From: Haplodiscus bocki
Taxonomy: Eukaryota
Direction: 5' to 3'
NCBI GenBank assembly: GCA_965655095.1
Contig: OZ296657.1
Span: 28,396,001-28,460,000 of the forward strand
Length of the DNA: 64,000 nucleotides
Shown here: one piece after another, positions 27,676 to 39,614 of the stretch
Layout of the letters: each line of letters opens with the position of its first letter
How positions within the stretch are numbered: position 1 is the stretch's first letter
The notes under the pieces: generated by a model
Databases searched by the model: none
The model's input: only the letters and a program-made list of their open reading frames with translations
Told to the model about the DNA's origin: nothing
Program-made: the position numbers and the translations under genes

Positions 27676-28526
27676 CACTTTATCAAACTTTTTAGTAAGT
27701 TTATCACAACAATTAGGTATCCTTCAGCTTGTACTTACTTGTTTCGAGCCCCAATTTTGTTTGCCTGCGAAAATCTTAATCTCTCACTGTTTCACTGGGC
27801 ACCGGGATACAAATGCCTATGTCCAAGCTGGACACCTGATTACCAGCATGAATAGAAAGAAAAGTACCGAGGGCTGATGGAATTTCACCGGATTTGTACG
27901 CGTAAGATATATGTTCAAGCGCTGAAGTAGTGTAGCCCGATGGGACGGTAGTTTTGCCGATCAATGGGTGTTTGGTTTTCACGACGGAATTTATCTCTGC
28001 TTGTTCCTTGCTGCGGGCAGTATACCAATTTTTTATCAAGTTGAACAGGTGTGTCAGTAGGACTGCCGAGTTTTGCATGTTTTCTCAGTACAACCACGAG
28101 AGAAACCATCTTGTGCCGAAGCCATTTTGCTGATTCGTGTCATTCCTGTGCTAATCTGGGGTAGAATGAGAACAGGAGTCTCATACCCTTTGGTTTACAA
28201 TGGTACCAACATGGCTGGCGTTTCCGCCACAGATACGGAGTTGTAGTGGTTGTTGAGTGGTAACCTAAGTGTTGACGTGTCGTGTGGTGCTCTTCGTTAA
28301 TAATATCTTTACCTGATGGAAAGAGGATTATCACTTGCAAAAGTTCCTGAGCCTTCGTCTACCCTTCTAAGCGTCTGAAGTTCAGAAGTTCTGCCCCATG
28401 GATTTTTAATAATCAAGACTTATGTGATGCTACACTTTTGTGTGATAAGTTACTTGGGGATGTTTCTTTTACGCTAAGATGGCGACTTCTATTTCATAAC
28501 AGATTGCGTTTAATTTCCAGATAAAC

Positions 28527-28938
28527 ATGTCTTTCCTGGCTAATTTTTCCCTGGCAGTTTTTGCTGGTGGTTTGTTTTCTAGTGAGACAATTGTGGATAA
28601 AGCCAAAGATGTCTATAATTTTTTATCAACTGCTGATTCTGAGAGCGTCACTCGAAGTTTAGCTGAAAACGCCAAGTCATACGCAAAGCAATACCTTGGG
28701 GAATGTGTTTTTTCGTGCTCTAATGGGCACCGGAAAGTCAGGCGAAAAGAAAACCGAGTTATTCAGCCGAACGGTTGTGGGGCCTATGGAATTAAACTTT
28801 TTTTGAAACACCTACCGGAAATGGAAAATTGCTGTAACAAGCATGATGTTTGCTATGGGACCTGCTTCAAGTCCAAAGAATTTTGCGATGGAAAATTTTC
28901 AAATTGTATTAGCTCCTACTGCCAATCCATTCTTCAAA
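28527..28938 (+). CDS. PLA2G12: Group XII secreted phospholipase A2, coding exon 1 of 2
   Basis: Hydrophobic N-terminus, CVFSCSNG, Ca-loop PNGCG, catalytic CCNKHDVCYGTC and CDGKFSNC. Donor GTAAGT at 28939 (phase 1). Confidence 0.93.
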
Positions 28939-29015
28939 GTAAGTAGATTCAGCTCACATTAATTGCTGGGTCATAAAAAATCTTAAGTAAAATAATTTGA
29001 ACGCATGAATTGGAC

Positions 29016-29110
29016 TAGGGATGCACCGGAACGCTTTTTGTTCCGGTCGGAACTCGAATGTTATCGGGTTTCGACAGATCTGGTCTGAACCGAACCGGAT
29101 TTAAATTGAT
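29016..29110. mobile_element. Possible hAT-type MITE left end
   Basis: TAGGGATGCACCGG terminus with CCGGA/CCGAA subterminal repeats. Only a degenerate partner end is visible (ttcggtgtactag, ~29477-29489). Confidence 0.4.
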
Positions 29111-29499
29111 ACTGAACTACGGTTATTCTGAGAAGAACCTACCACAGAAAATCATTTTTGAAACCAATTAACAAACAACACACATTAATTGCTTGTATTA
29201 AGCAACAGTATATCGGGAGGTACTGTTCTCAAAATCTGGAAACATGTACGAAGATAAACAGAATCTTTTGATTCCAAAAACGAGTAAAAGCTCTATCTCC
29301 ACTATCATTTGAAAGACCAGGGAACCCTTTTGCCAGATTGACAGGTTTGATTTTTTTCAATCTGTCCAAAAACATTCAAAGTTTTTTCGGCTTCCGAGTT
29401 ACTGTTATTACGCTGAATGAACAAAGCAGGCAAGTAAGTGTAGTTGACGACTTGAGAAACTCACTCGCTTGTTTTATTCGGTGTACTAGTAAGTCTTGA

Positions 29500-32300
29500 G
29501 CGCAAACACATGGATGTGTTTTGTTAGTAAACACTCATTCAAAATCCTATGAAGTGAAAGAACTTGTTTTTGAAAATTTAGACGTCGTTGTTGTCAAATT
29601 CTCACGATACAGAAGTTCTAGTCGGGTCAATGTATGCTCGCTTGTCTGATGAAACCAATTTTTTGAATCTGATGGGCTGTTTTAACGCGGCCAAAAATCG
29701 CTGCAGCAAAAACCAGCTCAATCGTCCAATTATTTTGAGAGATTTCAATGCACAGCATGCGGCCTGGGGAGACACTACGTCTAATGGATATGGAAAATTT
29801 TGTTAGATTTTTGCGGTAGTGAGGGCTTTGTTGTGTTATCTCCCCACGAACTTACATTTGTTAAAAGCCTTGTCAAGAGTGGAAATGTTATTGACTTGTG
29901 TCTGTGCGACTCTAGTGTGCAACTTATCCTCTTATGCATTTGTTGATAAGGAAGTCGAACTCTTTACTGGTGCGCCTTCCGTTGGTCATTGGCCAATCTG
30001 TTATAAATTGAACATCACCAAAGCTTTAAAATATTCTGAAGTTAGACATGACCTTACTCGTATAAACTGGGATTATGTCTTTGGTTGACGTTAAGGAAAG
30101 TTTCGATGTTTTGATTCAGCACTTCCTTTCACAACGTCTACAATTAATCAACGAACGTATCGATAAATGTAGTCAGCTTATCCCAACCAACATTGTGTCG
30201 ACTCATTCAAAACACATATGGAATGCTGAATTGAGCTAGCTAGCTCTTGATATCACTAAGGCGCGACCTGAGATTAAGTTGAATTATTCTCCGTCTAATA
30301 AAGCACTCTTGGTCGATCTTAAATTGAAAATGGAGGAAATATGGAAAAATAGTAACCGGTGGACTGAAAAAAAACAGTAAATGATCTGAATGACACGAAT
30401 AGTAGTAGATACTTCGGCGGTCAGACGCTTCAATGAGAAAAGCTCGTCAGAAAATGCTTATTTTGTTCCACGATGGGTGAAAAATAAGTTCTGACGCAGA
30501 TAAGGCTGAAGTATTCCAGAAAGTCTTTTACCAAGGCAAAAACTTGCGGGACAAATATTTTAATGAACCTTTTCTCAATGTTGCTGTGTCAGATGTTAAT
30601 GTGGCTTTAAATGAATCTAGAAACAATCTTGAACGAAATTCAATCAATGACATTTGCCATGATATAAATAGGAGAATAACAAAGAATAAAGTGGTTGCTG
30701 CAATCCGTAGGGCTGATGGTAGTAAGTGTGTTGATCTTTATGGCCTACACTCGCGGTTTCTGTTTTTTTACGCTCAGCTCAAATTTACATCTTTTCAACA
30801 TGTGTTTAGATACGGTTTTCTGGCCTTTTAACAAGTTGTCGGTTGGGCTCTTGAAAAAAGCGGGAGAAAATTTTCAAATGGTGTTTCTTATAGACCCATC
30901 TGTTTAGCTTCTTTTAGGCAAAGTATTGGTTCGTAATATCAATGAAAGATTGACAAAGTCCAAGCGCATCAGAGAGGAGGCTGAGCAATTTGGCTTCAGG
31001 GAAGGACGTTCGACTATGAATTGTCGTTACCAGCTGATATTTGATCTGAAAACGAATTCTGCTTGTAAGGGTCCTTGTGTGCCACTTTTTAAGTTTAAGA
31101 GAAGGCTTTCGATTCGATAAATCATGATTTACTATCTATTGTCTGCTAAAAAATGGCTTTCACGGAAGAAATATACCTCTAATTTATAGTTTTCGGAATA
31201 ACAAAAGTGCGCGCATAAAAGTGAATGTCATGGGGATTTTTTTTCACTCCATCCGTCGGTGTACCGCAAGGTGTGGTTCTTTCTCCATTAGTATTCATGA
31301 TTTTCTTATCCGATTCATGATTTCTGAAAAATTATGAATAAAATAAAAGTATGCTCATTATAGTACGAGCCTATGTTCTTTTGAATCCGTCGCGCTGTAT
31401 GAAACTCCCGAAGAGTGTTGGAAAACGTGGAGATTGGGTATTAACAGTAGTAAAACTGAGCAACTGCTATTCGATCTGTTGATGTTCGGCAAGATATCCA
31501 ATTACGGATGTTGCCGAAACTCTTGGTCTTCAAATAGATCGGCAATTGAAATTTAGAGGTCTTGTCGACCACTTGACGGCCTTCAACCTATTCTCTTGGA
31601 TTAACTTTAAATGTATTATATATAAAGGCATTGAGCTGACGTAAATAGCAATCCATCATCACTCGATAGGATATGGTGGAATGTTTTGAGAACTGTCATT
31701 TCAGAATACAACCGGTTTTACAAGCAAATGGCTTGCGTTCTTTTTAATATTCCTTTTCCGAGAACAGTGTTCTATCATCAGGTTCTTATTTATCTCACAG
31801 CTGTGACTCAAAGTTCAACTTTTCCATTATGCATTCTAAAGTAGCATGTAACTATCTGTAGGTCTTTTTCAAAATTCAATGATTGTCACTTATTGCTAGA
31901 ATATGCTGGATTGCTTGAAGACTTCCGATATTTTTGTTGCAGGAGGAGTCGAAGAAGTATTCTCCTTTTAATTCATAGCTTCTGCACGATATTCGGCAGA
32001 CAAACTGAGAGTAAATTAATTTCAACCAAATGCAAGCCACTGATTGTAGGAAATATACTTCTCGAATTACCGGAACGTTATGATGTGTCTGCCAATTATC
32101 GGATTCTTACCTTAAGGCTATTGGTGAATGATTTTGGATTGAAATTTTTCAAACGCGGAACGTGGAATGCTGAGTTGCCGCTTTGTGAGTGCGGTGAATC
32201 TGATACAGATGAGCATCTAATTTTTATTGTCAACGTATAAATAGGCGCGCATTTAAGAATGTTTCGCTAGAGGAAGAAATGCAGTCTTCTCCGGTAGTTT
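29500..32300 (+). mobile_element. Heavily decayed APE-RT LINE with C-terminal CCHC-like knuckle, in the PLA2G12 intron
   Basis: Motifs RDFNAQHAAWGD..NGYG, NVIDLC, ELFTGAPSVGHWPI, SYRPICLAS, QFGFREGRST, GVPQGVVLSPLVF and CECGESDTDEHLIF, with many stops and frameshifts. Clade not assigned. Confidence 0.85.
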
Positions 32301-32444
32301 TCATCAATTGTAATAGCTAGAAAGTAATAAGGGCATTTATCGACCTATTGAATGAAAGTCTTCCCGACTCATGCGACACTTCATGGAGAATGATACCCAA
32401 TCCATGCTGAATAAAATCTGTTGAAATATGTACTTTTGCAACAA

Positions 32445-32628
32445 NNNNNNNNNNNNNNNNNNNNNNNNNNNNNNNNNNNNNNNNNNNNNNNNNNNNNNNN
32501 NNNNNNNNNNNNNNNNNNNNNNNNNNNNNNNNNNNNNNNNNNNNNNNNNNNNNNNNNNNNNNNNNNNNNNNNNNNNNNNNNNNNNNNNNNNNNNNNNNNN
32601 NNNNNNNNNNNNNNNNNNNNNNNNNNNN
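32445..32628. other. Assembly gap (184 N)
   Basis: Run of N characters. Confidence 1.
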
Positions 32629-34019
32629 TGACGCCACAACCGAAACACAATCGGTGAGTCTATTCATTCCCTTTTTCTCTGAAATACATCTCTAAAATAC
32701 AAATTTTTCTTTTTTTTAGTATTCTAAAGTGATGCACACTTTTTCTGACCAAATATTTTCTTTAAAACTTACGATGGTGATCGCGTTGAAGATGAAATGC
32801 AGTATTAACAGTGTCGAAAGTTTCTCTCCAATCACTTTCAACATTATTGTCCCAAGAAATCAATCAGCCCTCCCAAGTGACTTCTATTACCAAATGACAG
32901 GTTTGGATTTTTTTTCAATATTAGAAAATTTGAAGAATTATCTGAGCAATAATGGATCGAAATACATTATAACTTATATTTAATTTGAAATATAACCTGT
33001 TTTTAGATTCGGGAATTTTAGGTACTAGCAAACCCTTCTGCCACATCGGCAGATTAAATTTTTAATTTTTCAATCTGTCAAAGACTTTTTAAAAATCCGT
33101 TAATATTATTTTCGGCTTCGGAGTCACTGTTATCACGCAGAATGAATAAAGCAGGTTAGTGGATGTAGCGAACGACTTGAGGAACTCACTTCCCCACTTT
33201 CCTCATTGGGCATGATCTTCATGACGCTTTGACTTAGACACAATCACTGAGTTTTATTTACTCGCTTTATGTTGGCTCGCTATTTTCACTTGCTGTCTTC
33301 GGGCTTTCGGGAGAGACGTCAGAGAAATTGTGATTAAGAAACCGAGACGCAGTTCACTATGGGCGTTTTATATAGGATAGGATAGATGGATATACATTTT
33401 CGTAAATATTTAATTAGAGAAGATTTTTGTACAGTCTTGGTTGATGGCATTTGAGTTCACCATGTGTGTTCAAACCAAGTGTCTGCAGAATTTCCTAATT
33501 GTTTTTGGCGAATTTCCGGTGATCGATCTTACGCGAAACATAGAATATCATCATGATCATAGCTGGAAGTCTTTAAGATCCGTGAGAATTTTTTTGAGGA
33601 AATATTGATTTTACGGTTTTTAGGCCTTAAGCTTGGCTCAATGCCTATAGATTTTTTTTCAACTCGTGACTTTTCAGACTTATGTAGTTTCTACAAGGTA
33701 GCTAATTGTAAAATGAAACTATAAACTGTGCGTGAGCGAGCTGAAACATGGTGCCTGTGCTGATAGTTACAAGAGTCAGCCTGAAATTGCAATCTTTCGC
33801 GATTTTTTTTACAGTTTCCATTCTTTCACTTCCGAAATCATCCTTTCAGCTACTAATACACCAGGTGGGGTTCAAACAAAAGTGCTTCTGCTTCAAGGTT
33901 TCCAGCTTAAATACTGCGAGGTAATCTGAGCAATGAGAGATCTTCCTTGGGCCATAGAGTGCTTACATCTTGTTTCGTACGGTTCTTGAATGAAAGAACA
34001 TAAGTTCCAAAAATTTATA

Positions 34020-34285
34020 CAGCGCACTTGCAAAAAATTGTTTTGTGGACTTTCTATTGTCCAGCGTGCTGATTTATTTTGAAAATAACGCGAATAAGCT
34101 GCGATGGCCGTTCGTACTTGTTTTAGTTGTGTGTAAGAGTATAAAGTTTAGCTGAGTTATCAAATTTGTTTAATTTTTCAAACAGCAGTTTTCGCAATAC
34201 TGTGCTTTCTCCGAAAAGTAGTTTTATTTCCTCGATTTATTCAATTGTCTATTGGCGCAAATGTTGCGAAGCTCAGCTTCGAGTC
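34020..34285 (+). repeat. Interspersed repeat family 1 (other copies ~47795-48025 and ~60738-61008)
   Basis: Shared blocks aaaaaattgtt..ccagc, gtacttg..tgagtta..aaattt and ttggcgcaa(a/g)tgttgc(g/a)aagc. Confidence 0.75.
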
Positions 34286-34599
34286 TGTTCAAAAATGTTG
34301 TATTTGTACTCGGCATACCAGCGGTGGTTTTCCCGAGGGGTGTCTTAAATGTCACTAGTAATGGATAAACTTTTAACGAATTCTCTTCGATATTCGCACC
34401 TCTCTAGAGGCCTTTTTTCCTCGCATTGCGTAACCACTGGCTGATCGATAGAGTGAAGCAGAAATCTTGTTTTCTTTTTTCGTTTTATATCATTTTTGCG
34501 CTTCCCCGGCTAGGGCAGACGCGACTCTTCAGTACTTTCTCTTTGATTCAAATTTTGTGAAATTTTTAGTTCGCATCTTTTTCGCTTTTTACTCTTTGA

Positions 34600-35123
34600 C
34601 TGAGGGGAAGAATGTGTATTGAAACTGGCTTAGACCGTCTTTTATATTGCTGAAAACTTGGATTTTTTTGCGTCATCAGATAGTCTAGTGGTGTAGTGTA
34701 AATAGCCAAAAAACGACATTTTTGGAGACGTTTAGCAGGTACTTGTTTGTTTTTGTGTTCGTAGGTTCGGTAATTTTTGGTCGGAAAATGAACATTAATG
34801 TTCTGATAGGTCATGTTCGCATCAGATATTGCATAAGACAGTAGCAGTTACTTGTTCGCTTCCGCGGTACAGTGCGAAACTCTTAAACATTGGGCTGCAA
34901 AATGGCGTTACTGAAGGCATGATTGACAGAGCAACTTTTTGAGCATCAGACACTGCTGCAGGTATTTATCTCAATTCGCCTTTTACAAACGTTTGATTGA
35001 CACCTGATGTAGTAGTTCTAAAAGTGTCAATCACTTAAACAATCATGGTTGCAATTGTCTTTCAGGTTCTTCGATCTGAACTGTCGAGTCAGAATATCTT
35101 GCGAAGTTCCGCGTGGCCTCTGT
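34600..35123 (+). repeat. Interspersed repeat family 2 (other copies ~48655-49421, partial ~55670-55897)
   Basis: Shared gtcatcaga..gcaggtacttgtt, gtagta.ttctaaaa.tgtcaat and the terminal gcgaag..tccgcgtggcctctgt. Confidence 0.75.
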
Positions 35124-35129
35124 TCAAAA

Positions 35130-35370
35130 TGTTGACCATTTTTCGGGTCAGAAATAGTTGATTCCCAAAGCGCTGCAACTTTTCAAATTTCAAAACGCTC
35201 CAAAATTTTCGAAGCTTCAAATGCTCGACGCAATAGGAATTTTTGCTGAATTAGCCCAATACGTTTGTATTCTTCGCAAATTGGTGTAGTATATTCGCCA
35301 ATTCTATTTTCCATTTTTCTAGATGCTCTAGATTCTTAGCGCGTAATGCCTTAGCATTCTTGAAGCCTAT
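35130..35370 (+). repeat. Interspersed repeat family 3 (related pieces ~62345-62480, ~62860-62890, ~50317-50345)
   Basis: Shared tgaccatt..tagttgattccc.aag and aatgcc(t)tagcat.c.tga.g.ctat. Confidence 0.6.
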
Positions 35371-37139
35371 TATTTGTAAAGTTGAATTTTTTTTGGAAAT
35401 TTCCTTTAATAATTCCTCGGTTTACCTTCAACTGTATTGGCATCAATTGCGCATTTCCGTCATGGTTCGTGGAAAAGCGATTTAATAGGGGTTGAAAATA
35501 TCGGCTATTCGAATTTCCTACCACCTATATTGATTTCGTACTTTTAACTCTAATTTACGCCATAAATTTCCCGCATTAGCTCGAAAAACGGACATTTGTA
35601 TGTTTAACACCAGACCTGATCGTATTTTGTCAACAGCTGAGATCAAAAACTGTTCTTGAATTCTGATCCATCTGAATGTGAACTGGCAAATGATTAGGTT
35701 GGATCTGTGTTTTTAGGCGAAAGCTGAGCGAAAGCTCTTCAGACCCTAACTTTGTTAAATTCAGTGTAAAATTTTTTCCAATTTGACGTCAAAAATATTT
35801 GCTCTAAGCTCAATTTTTCCTTACTTCTTGGACTGATTTTTGTAATTTTTGATGAAAGATTACGATAGGGCTCCAATCTATCACATGCTATATTTTGGTT
35901 GCGGTATGAACATTTTTCGCCAGGATTTTTCCAAAAGAAATTTGCAAAATCAATTTAATTTTATTTTGACGATACTTTTTGAAGTCGATTATTTTCGCAT
36001 GTGAGCCTTCAAATCATCTGAATTTTGCACCAGTTTAACCAAAAGGGTCTGTTTTATCACACTCTAAAATTGGATGCCGTGAGAAGTTTGTCAGTTTTTT
36101 TTTCGAGAGAAACTTGAAAATCGAGCCATTCTTGTGCATTTCGAAGATTCTTTTCAATTTGAAGTCTTTAATTTTGGCACCTTCAAAATAAATCCATATA
36201 GCTATAACAAAAAGGCTGCAATGTATCAAATTTCAACTTTTTGTTGCGGCCAGTATTTTTTTCGATTGTTTTGCGAAACAATCTTAAAAACGAGATAATT
36301 TTGGCTATTTTAAACATTTTTGTTAACTCCTAAATCCTGGAAGCTGAATCTAAAAGAAACCCTAATTTTTCATTTGCATAAGGAGAGACTCCAATTCTTT
36401 ACATAATGAACTCTGGTTACGCTCAGTCATTTTTTTTGCGAAAGAAACTTGAAATCAAGCTTTTTTGGCTAATTGAAGGCCTTTTGTCAGTTTTTTTTAT
36501 AATTACGCACACGAACGACCATTAGTCTGCAGTGGTTGTAAATAAAACATTTTGGTTGCGATCAAAAAATAGGTTTTCAAATAAAAAGTTAGGCCACGTT
36601 TTTCTCACTTTTTTGAGAAACTCTCTCCGCGAGTCTAACATTAAGCGCTTAGTTCTTATGTTTTGGTAGTTTGATGCAGGTGTTATTTTCCGCCATATTC
36701 CAATGTGGGAGAAAAATCATCATCTGGGCACGGCCGATTTTTAACTTTTACTTGCTAATTGCACGATTTCAAGCTTGAAAATTTGTAACTAAATTGAAGC
36801 AAATTTGGCGCACAATGAAATAAAAGTTATATTTCTTCAAAACGTACTAAAGGTCTTTTTTTAAACTCGATTTTTTTTTCAAAATCGGGAAAAAGTGGCA
36901 AATTTGCTCTAGAATACAAATAAAATGCTGGTAAAATTTCCGTAAAATTCTTCTTTTGACGAAAATTCGAGGTTTTTTGAGAAGAAAAATGTGACGCAGA
37001 GCTTCGACTACGAGTAAGACTTTTTCACAGCTTGACTTGCCAACGCGGGTTAATTAGAGACTGAGAGATGACATGGTTGAAGCATTCTAAATTTCTCTGC
37101 CATGTATGTATGTGAGAATGATAAAAGGGTGAGATAAAT

Positions 37140-37780
37140 TTACTTCAGATAAGCGGAACAACTAAAGACCATGTGCTGAAGTTTTGTGGCCGGCAGATTC
37201 AGAACCAAAAGTGGGAAATTTAGCTTTACTGAGCGAATCTTAAATGAGTGGCATATGCTGAAATATGAAGTGGTCAAAAGTGCGAGAGTCGACGAACTCA
37301 GAAGATTAGGCAAGCAATCGGCACACAACCCATTGAAAATAAACTACTGAGACGTCAACTGAATTGCTTGTTTCAAGATGTTTACGAAAATAAAAGTCTT
37401 GAAGAGCTGTTCAAAGGGTTTGACCTAAAACAATCAATTTATGATCTTACACTTACACGAGTTTGCTCTGATTTGAGTTCTCTGTGAAATCCAAACATTG
37501 ACTTTGACAAATTGGCAGGTAAAATATTTTTGGAGTTCAATATAAAATACCAAATGTGAGAGAGATGTGAAGAGTAATCTTTTCAAGGCTGGGGAAAATG
37601 TAAAGTAGTGAATCTGCCTGGTCCTCAAAACAGATTTTTCTGTGAAATATAAAGCATCCATACAACTTCAATGAGCGAATCCCAGGTACTGTCTCGCTCG
37701 AAGATCAGCAGCAAGTCAACAGATAAGACCTTCGACGCTGTAACATATCTTCAACCAAAAATTAGCTTCATTTATTGCAA
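37140..37780 (+). mobile_element. Old CR1-like RT fragments
   Basis: HVLKF..GRFRTKSGKFSFTERILNEWHML..EVV resembles the CR1 C-terminus; ..QQQVN..KTFDAVT..QKL resembles an RT motif. Confidence 0.55.
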
Positions 37781-38034
37781 GCTTCGTGATCAAGTCCACT
37801 GAAACTCAATTAATTTGCTATATAATCCTTCACTTTAATTCGTCCGAACGTGCCGAAGTTTGTATTTTCATACGACTACGGGATCATTGTTGACACTGTA
37901 AGGAGGCTCTGAAGCGTATCCTTACATTTCCTATAAATTTTAAATATCATGACTAAATAAATGAGGAATAATTTTCTTCAAAAGGTAGTTTGCTTCAACT
38001 TCTATAGTCTGCAGAATGAAAACGGTTGTTTCAG

Positions 38035-38174
38035 CTGAAGACCAGAAGGATTGTAAGGAAACAGCCGATGTTATGGTCAAAGCCGTGCAACATCTCGGAT
38101 GTGATGCTTATTTACAAGCCCAAAACGAAGATTGCCTCTGTGTGGCAAGTCGTTCCGATCGTTCTGTTCTTTGA
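38035..38174 (+). CDS. PLA2G12: Group XII secreted phospholipase A2, coding exon 2 of 2 (protein ~183 aa)
   Basis: Acceptor gtttcAG at 38033-34, phase-compatible with exon 1. Reads (T)EDQKDCKETADVMVKAVQHLGCDAYLQAQNEDCLCVASRSDRSVL*, matching the PLA2G12 C-terminal pattern C..T..L...V..LGC..Y...Q...C.C. Not in the supplied ORF track. Confidence 0.9.
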
Positions 38175-38513
38175 GTATTGATATTTGAATCTCTTGATGT
38201 TTCTCAGTGATACTTCAAAGGACCAGATTAAGTGTAGTGGTGAACATTGGCCATTCTGCTGTGCAGTATGGAGTGGAGATTATTTCGTTCACTAATTAGC
38301 AACTTAGTAATTTGAAATTTTGTTGTTCCAGTTGAGAGTCGTCTTTTTCACATATCAAGAGTCACCACCTTTTTTCTTTGAATGGCATCTAAATTGGCGA
38401 ACTTTAACTCATTAATGTTAGTAAATTGTTTTATTTCACTGATTTTCCTACTATTTTACTATATCAATTCAAACGTTTGCAAGCTAAACTTTGTTTGATG
38501 CGTAGCTAATTAA

Positions 38514-39002
38514 CCCTTAATGGGCCTATCTGTTTTCATGGATATCGAAAAATTGAAGGAAAAAACGCTGAGCTCAATTTTCTAAGACCTTTGCGAAGTG
38601 AAAAATGATCCATTTGAGGTCTATTATCAAACTTTCTTTTTGTTTGAGTGAACCCCTGTCACCGCGCGCCCCCTTTGAGTCCTTAACGCATTGGGGGTAG
38701 TGGATACCACGTAATGCAGGTCAAATTGGTTACTCGAGGACATGTGGTCAGAATTGAGTGAACGAAATTTTGGGTAGATTTGTCAAATTCCGTCTTTTTC
38801 GACAACTCAAACCTATTACAAAACACGTTTGACAGCACTGTCAAATAGATTTTTTCAAATTTGCAATGGGGAGGGGGTGCGGAAACATAAAAATTAGCAA
38901 CACACGAATAGGTAGCTCAAGTATGTTTTTTCAGTCCGAAAATACCACATCAAAGTTGAAAATATAATATGTTCCATACAGCGGGCAATTGCCCATAAAG
39001 GG
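38514..39002. mobile_element. piggyBac-type non-autonomous element (MITE), ~489 bp
   Basis: TTAA-CCCTTAATGGGC ... GCCCATAAAGGG-TTAA: 12-bp TIR (11/12 match) with TTAA target duplications at 38510-13 and 39003-06. Confidence 0.85.
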
Positions 39003-39049
39003 TTAATGGCTTACACGAAGGCTGCAAATGCGTATTTTTAGATTCGTCT

Positions 39050-39268
39050 ATGAGGTTCAGGCCCCCTCCTGCGCTGAACAGTCTTCAAAACAACTTGATA
39101 CGACCGGGCACTGAGAAAAGCGGCAAACAATTCACTGTTCCATTAGGGTGTATTATTGCTGTCGTTTGCCTTTTCGGAGCCCGTGAACTTTTCGTCCATC
39201 AGTACCATAGAGACCAATATTTTTGCGAGTTAGAAAACAAAAAAGGCAAGAAAACAACAAATAACTAA
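39050..39268 (+). CDS. 72-aa single-pass membrane microprotein (smORF1), function unknown
   Basis: ATG preceded by acceptor-like atttttAG (39034-41); one hydrophobic helix (FTVPLGCIIAVVCLFGA) and a basic C-terminus. Confidence 0.55.
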   Translation: MRFRPPPALNSLQNNLIRPGTEKSGKQFTVPLGCIIAVVCLFGARELFVHQYHRDQYFCELENKKGKKTTNN

Positions 39269-39389
39269 CTACCTGAATTTGACCTATTTTACCATTTTTT
39301 GGACGCCTGTCTTGAGACGAAAAATTTGTTGGTTTTTTGAACTTTCTGCAAAGTAGTGTTAACGGGCCACCAGTTTAACATCAACAGAC

Positions 39390-39614
39390 ATGAATTTTAT
39401 TGCTGACCTCTTTCGCCGGCACCCACCCTTGAAAGTAATGGGATGTTGGCTAGTTATAATACCGGCAGGTCTCTACGGTTTCTATGTGGCAAAGAAGAAC
39501 AAAGACAAGCAGCTGAATGACAAATATTTCGACACTTTGCAGAATGAATTGAAACTTAAGGAAGAGTACGAGCACATGAGAGGTAGAAGAATTAAGGGCA
39601 AGAGCAGTGATTGA
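39390..39614 (+). CDS. 74-aa single-pass membrane microprotein (smORF2), DUF4748-like
   Basis: VMGCWLVIIPAGLYGFYVAKKNKDKQ fits the W..L...G...(F/Y)..AK..D pattern I recall for DUF4748, followed by a charged helical tail. AATAAA at ~39633. Confidence 0.72.
   Translation: MNFIADLFRRHPPLKVMGCWLVIIPAGLYGFYVAKKNKDKQLNDKYFDTLQNELKLKEEYEHMRGRRIKGKSSD

Larger units (their letters stand above)
23815..27750 (-). mobile_element. Near full-length, inactivated CR1-clade non-LTR retrotransposon (ORF1, APE-RT ORF2, microsatellite 3' tail)
   Basis: ORF1 starts at ATG 27675 (MPPKK) with a degenerate PHD-like segment (ECSG..GC..W..FLCGYC) and a Tnp22/RRM-like segment (EQDGRRENVRIFGVEE..DISVWHRLP..PIYINDDIT). 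APE motifs: MNIRSL, ICFTE, GAGIYV, VYNSPS, PTRVT..TLLDHVF. RT motifs: YRSISLLP, GFRSKHST, LDLRKDFDTINH, GVPQGS, with the YADD motif decayed to SAED. AATAAA is followed by a (TTTC)n tail. The 5' boundary is approximate. Confidence 0.92.

Noticed and set aside
32317-32667. ORFs spanning the N run
   Set aside because: Artefacts of translating the gap.
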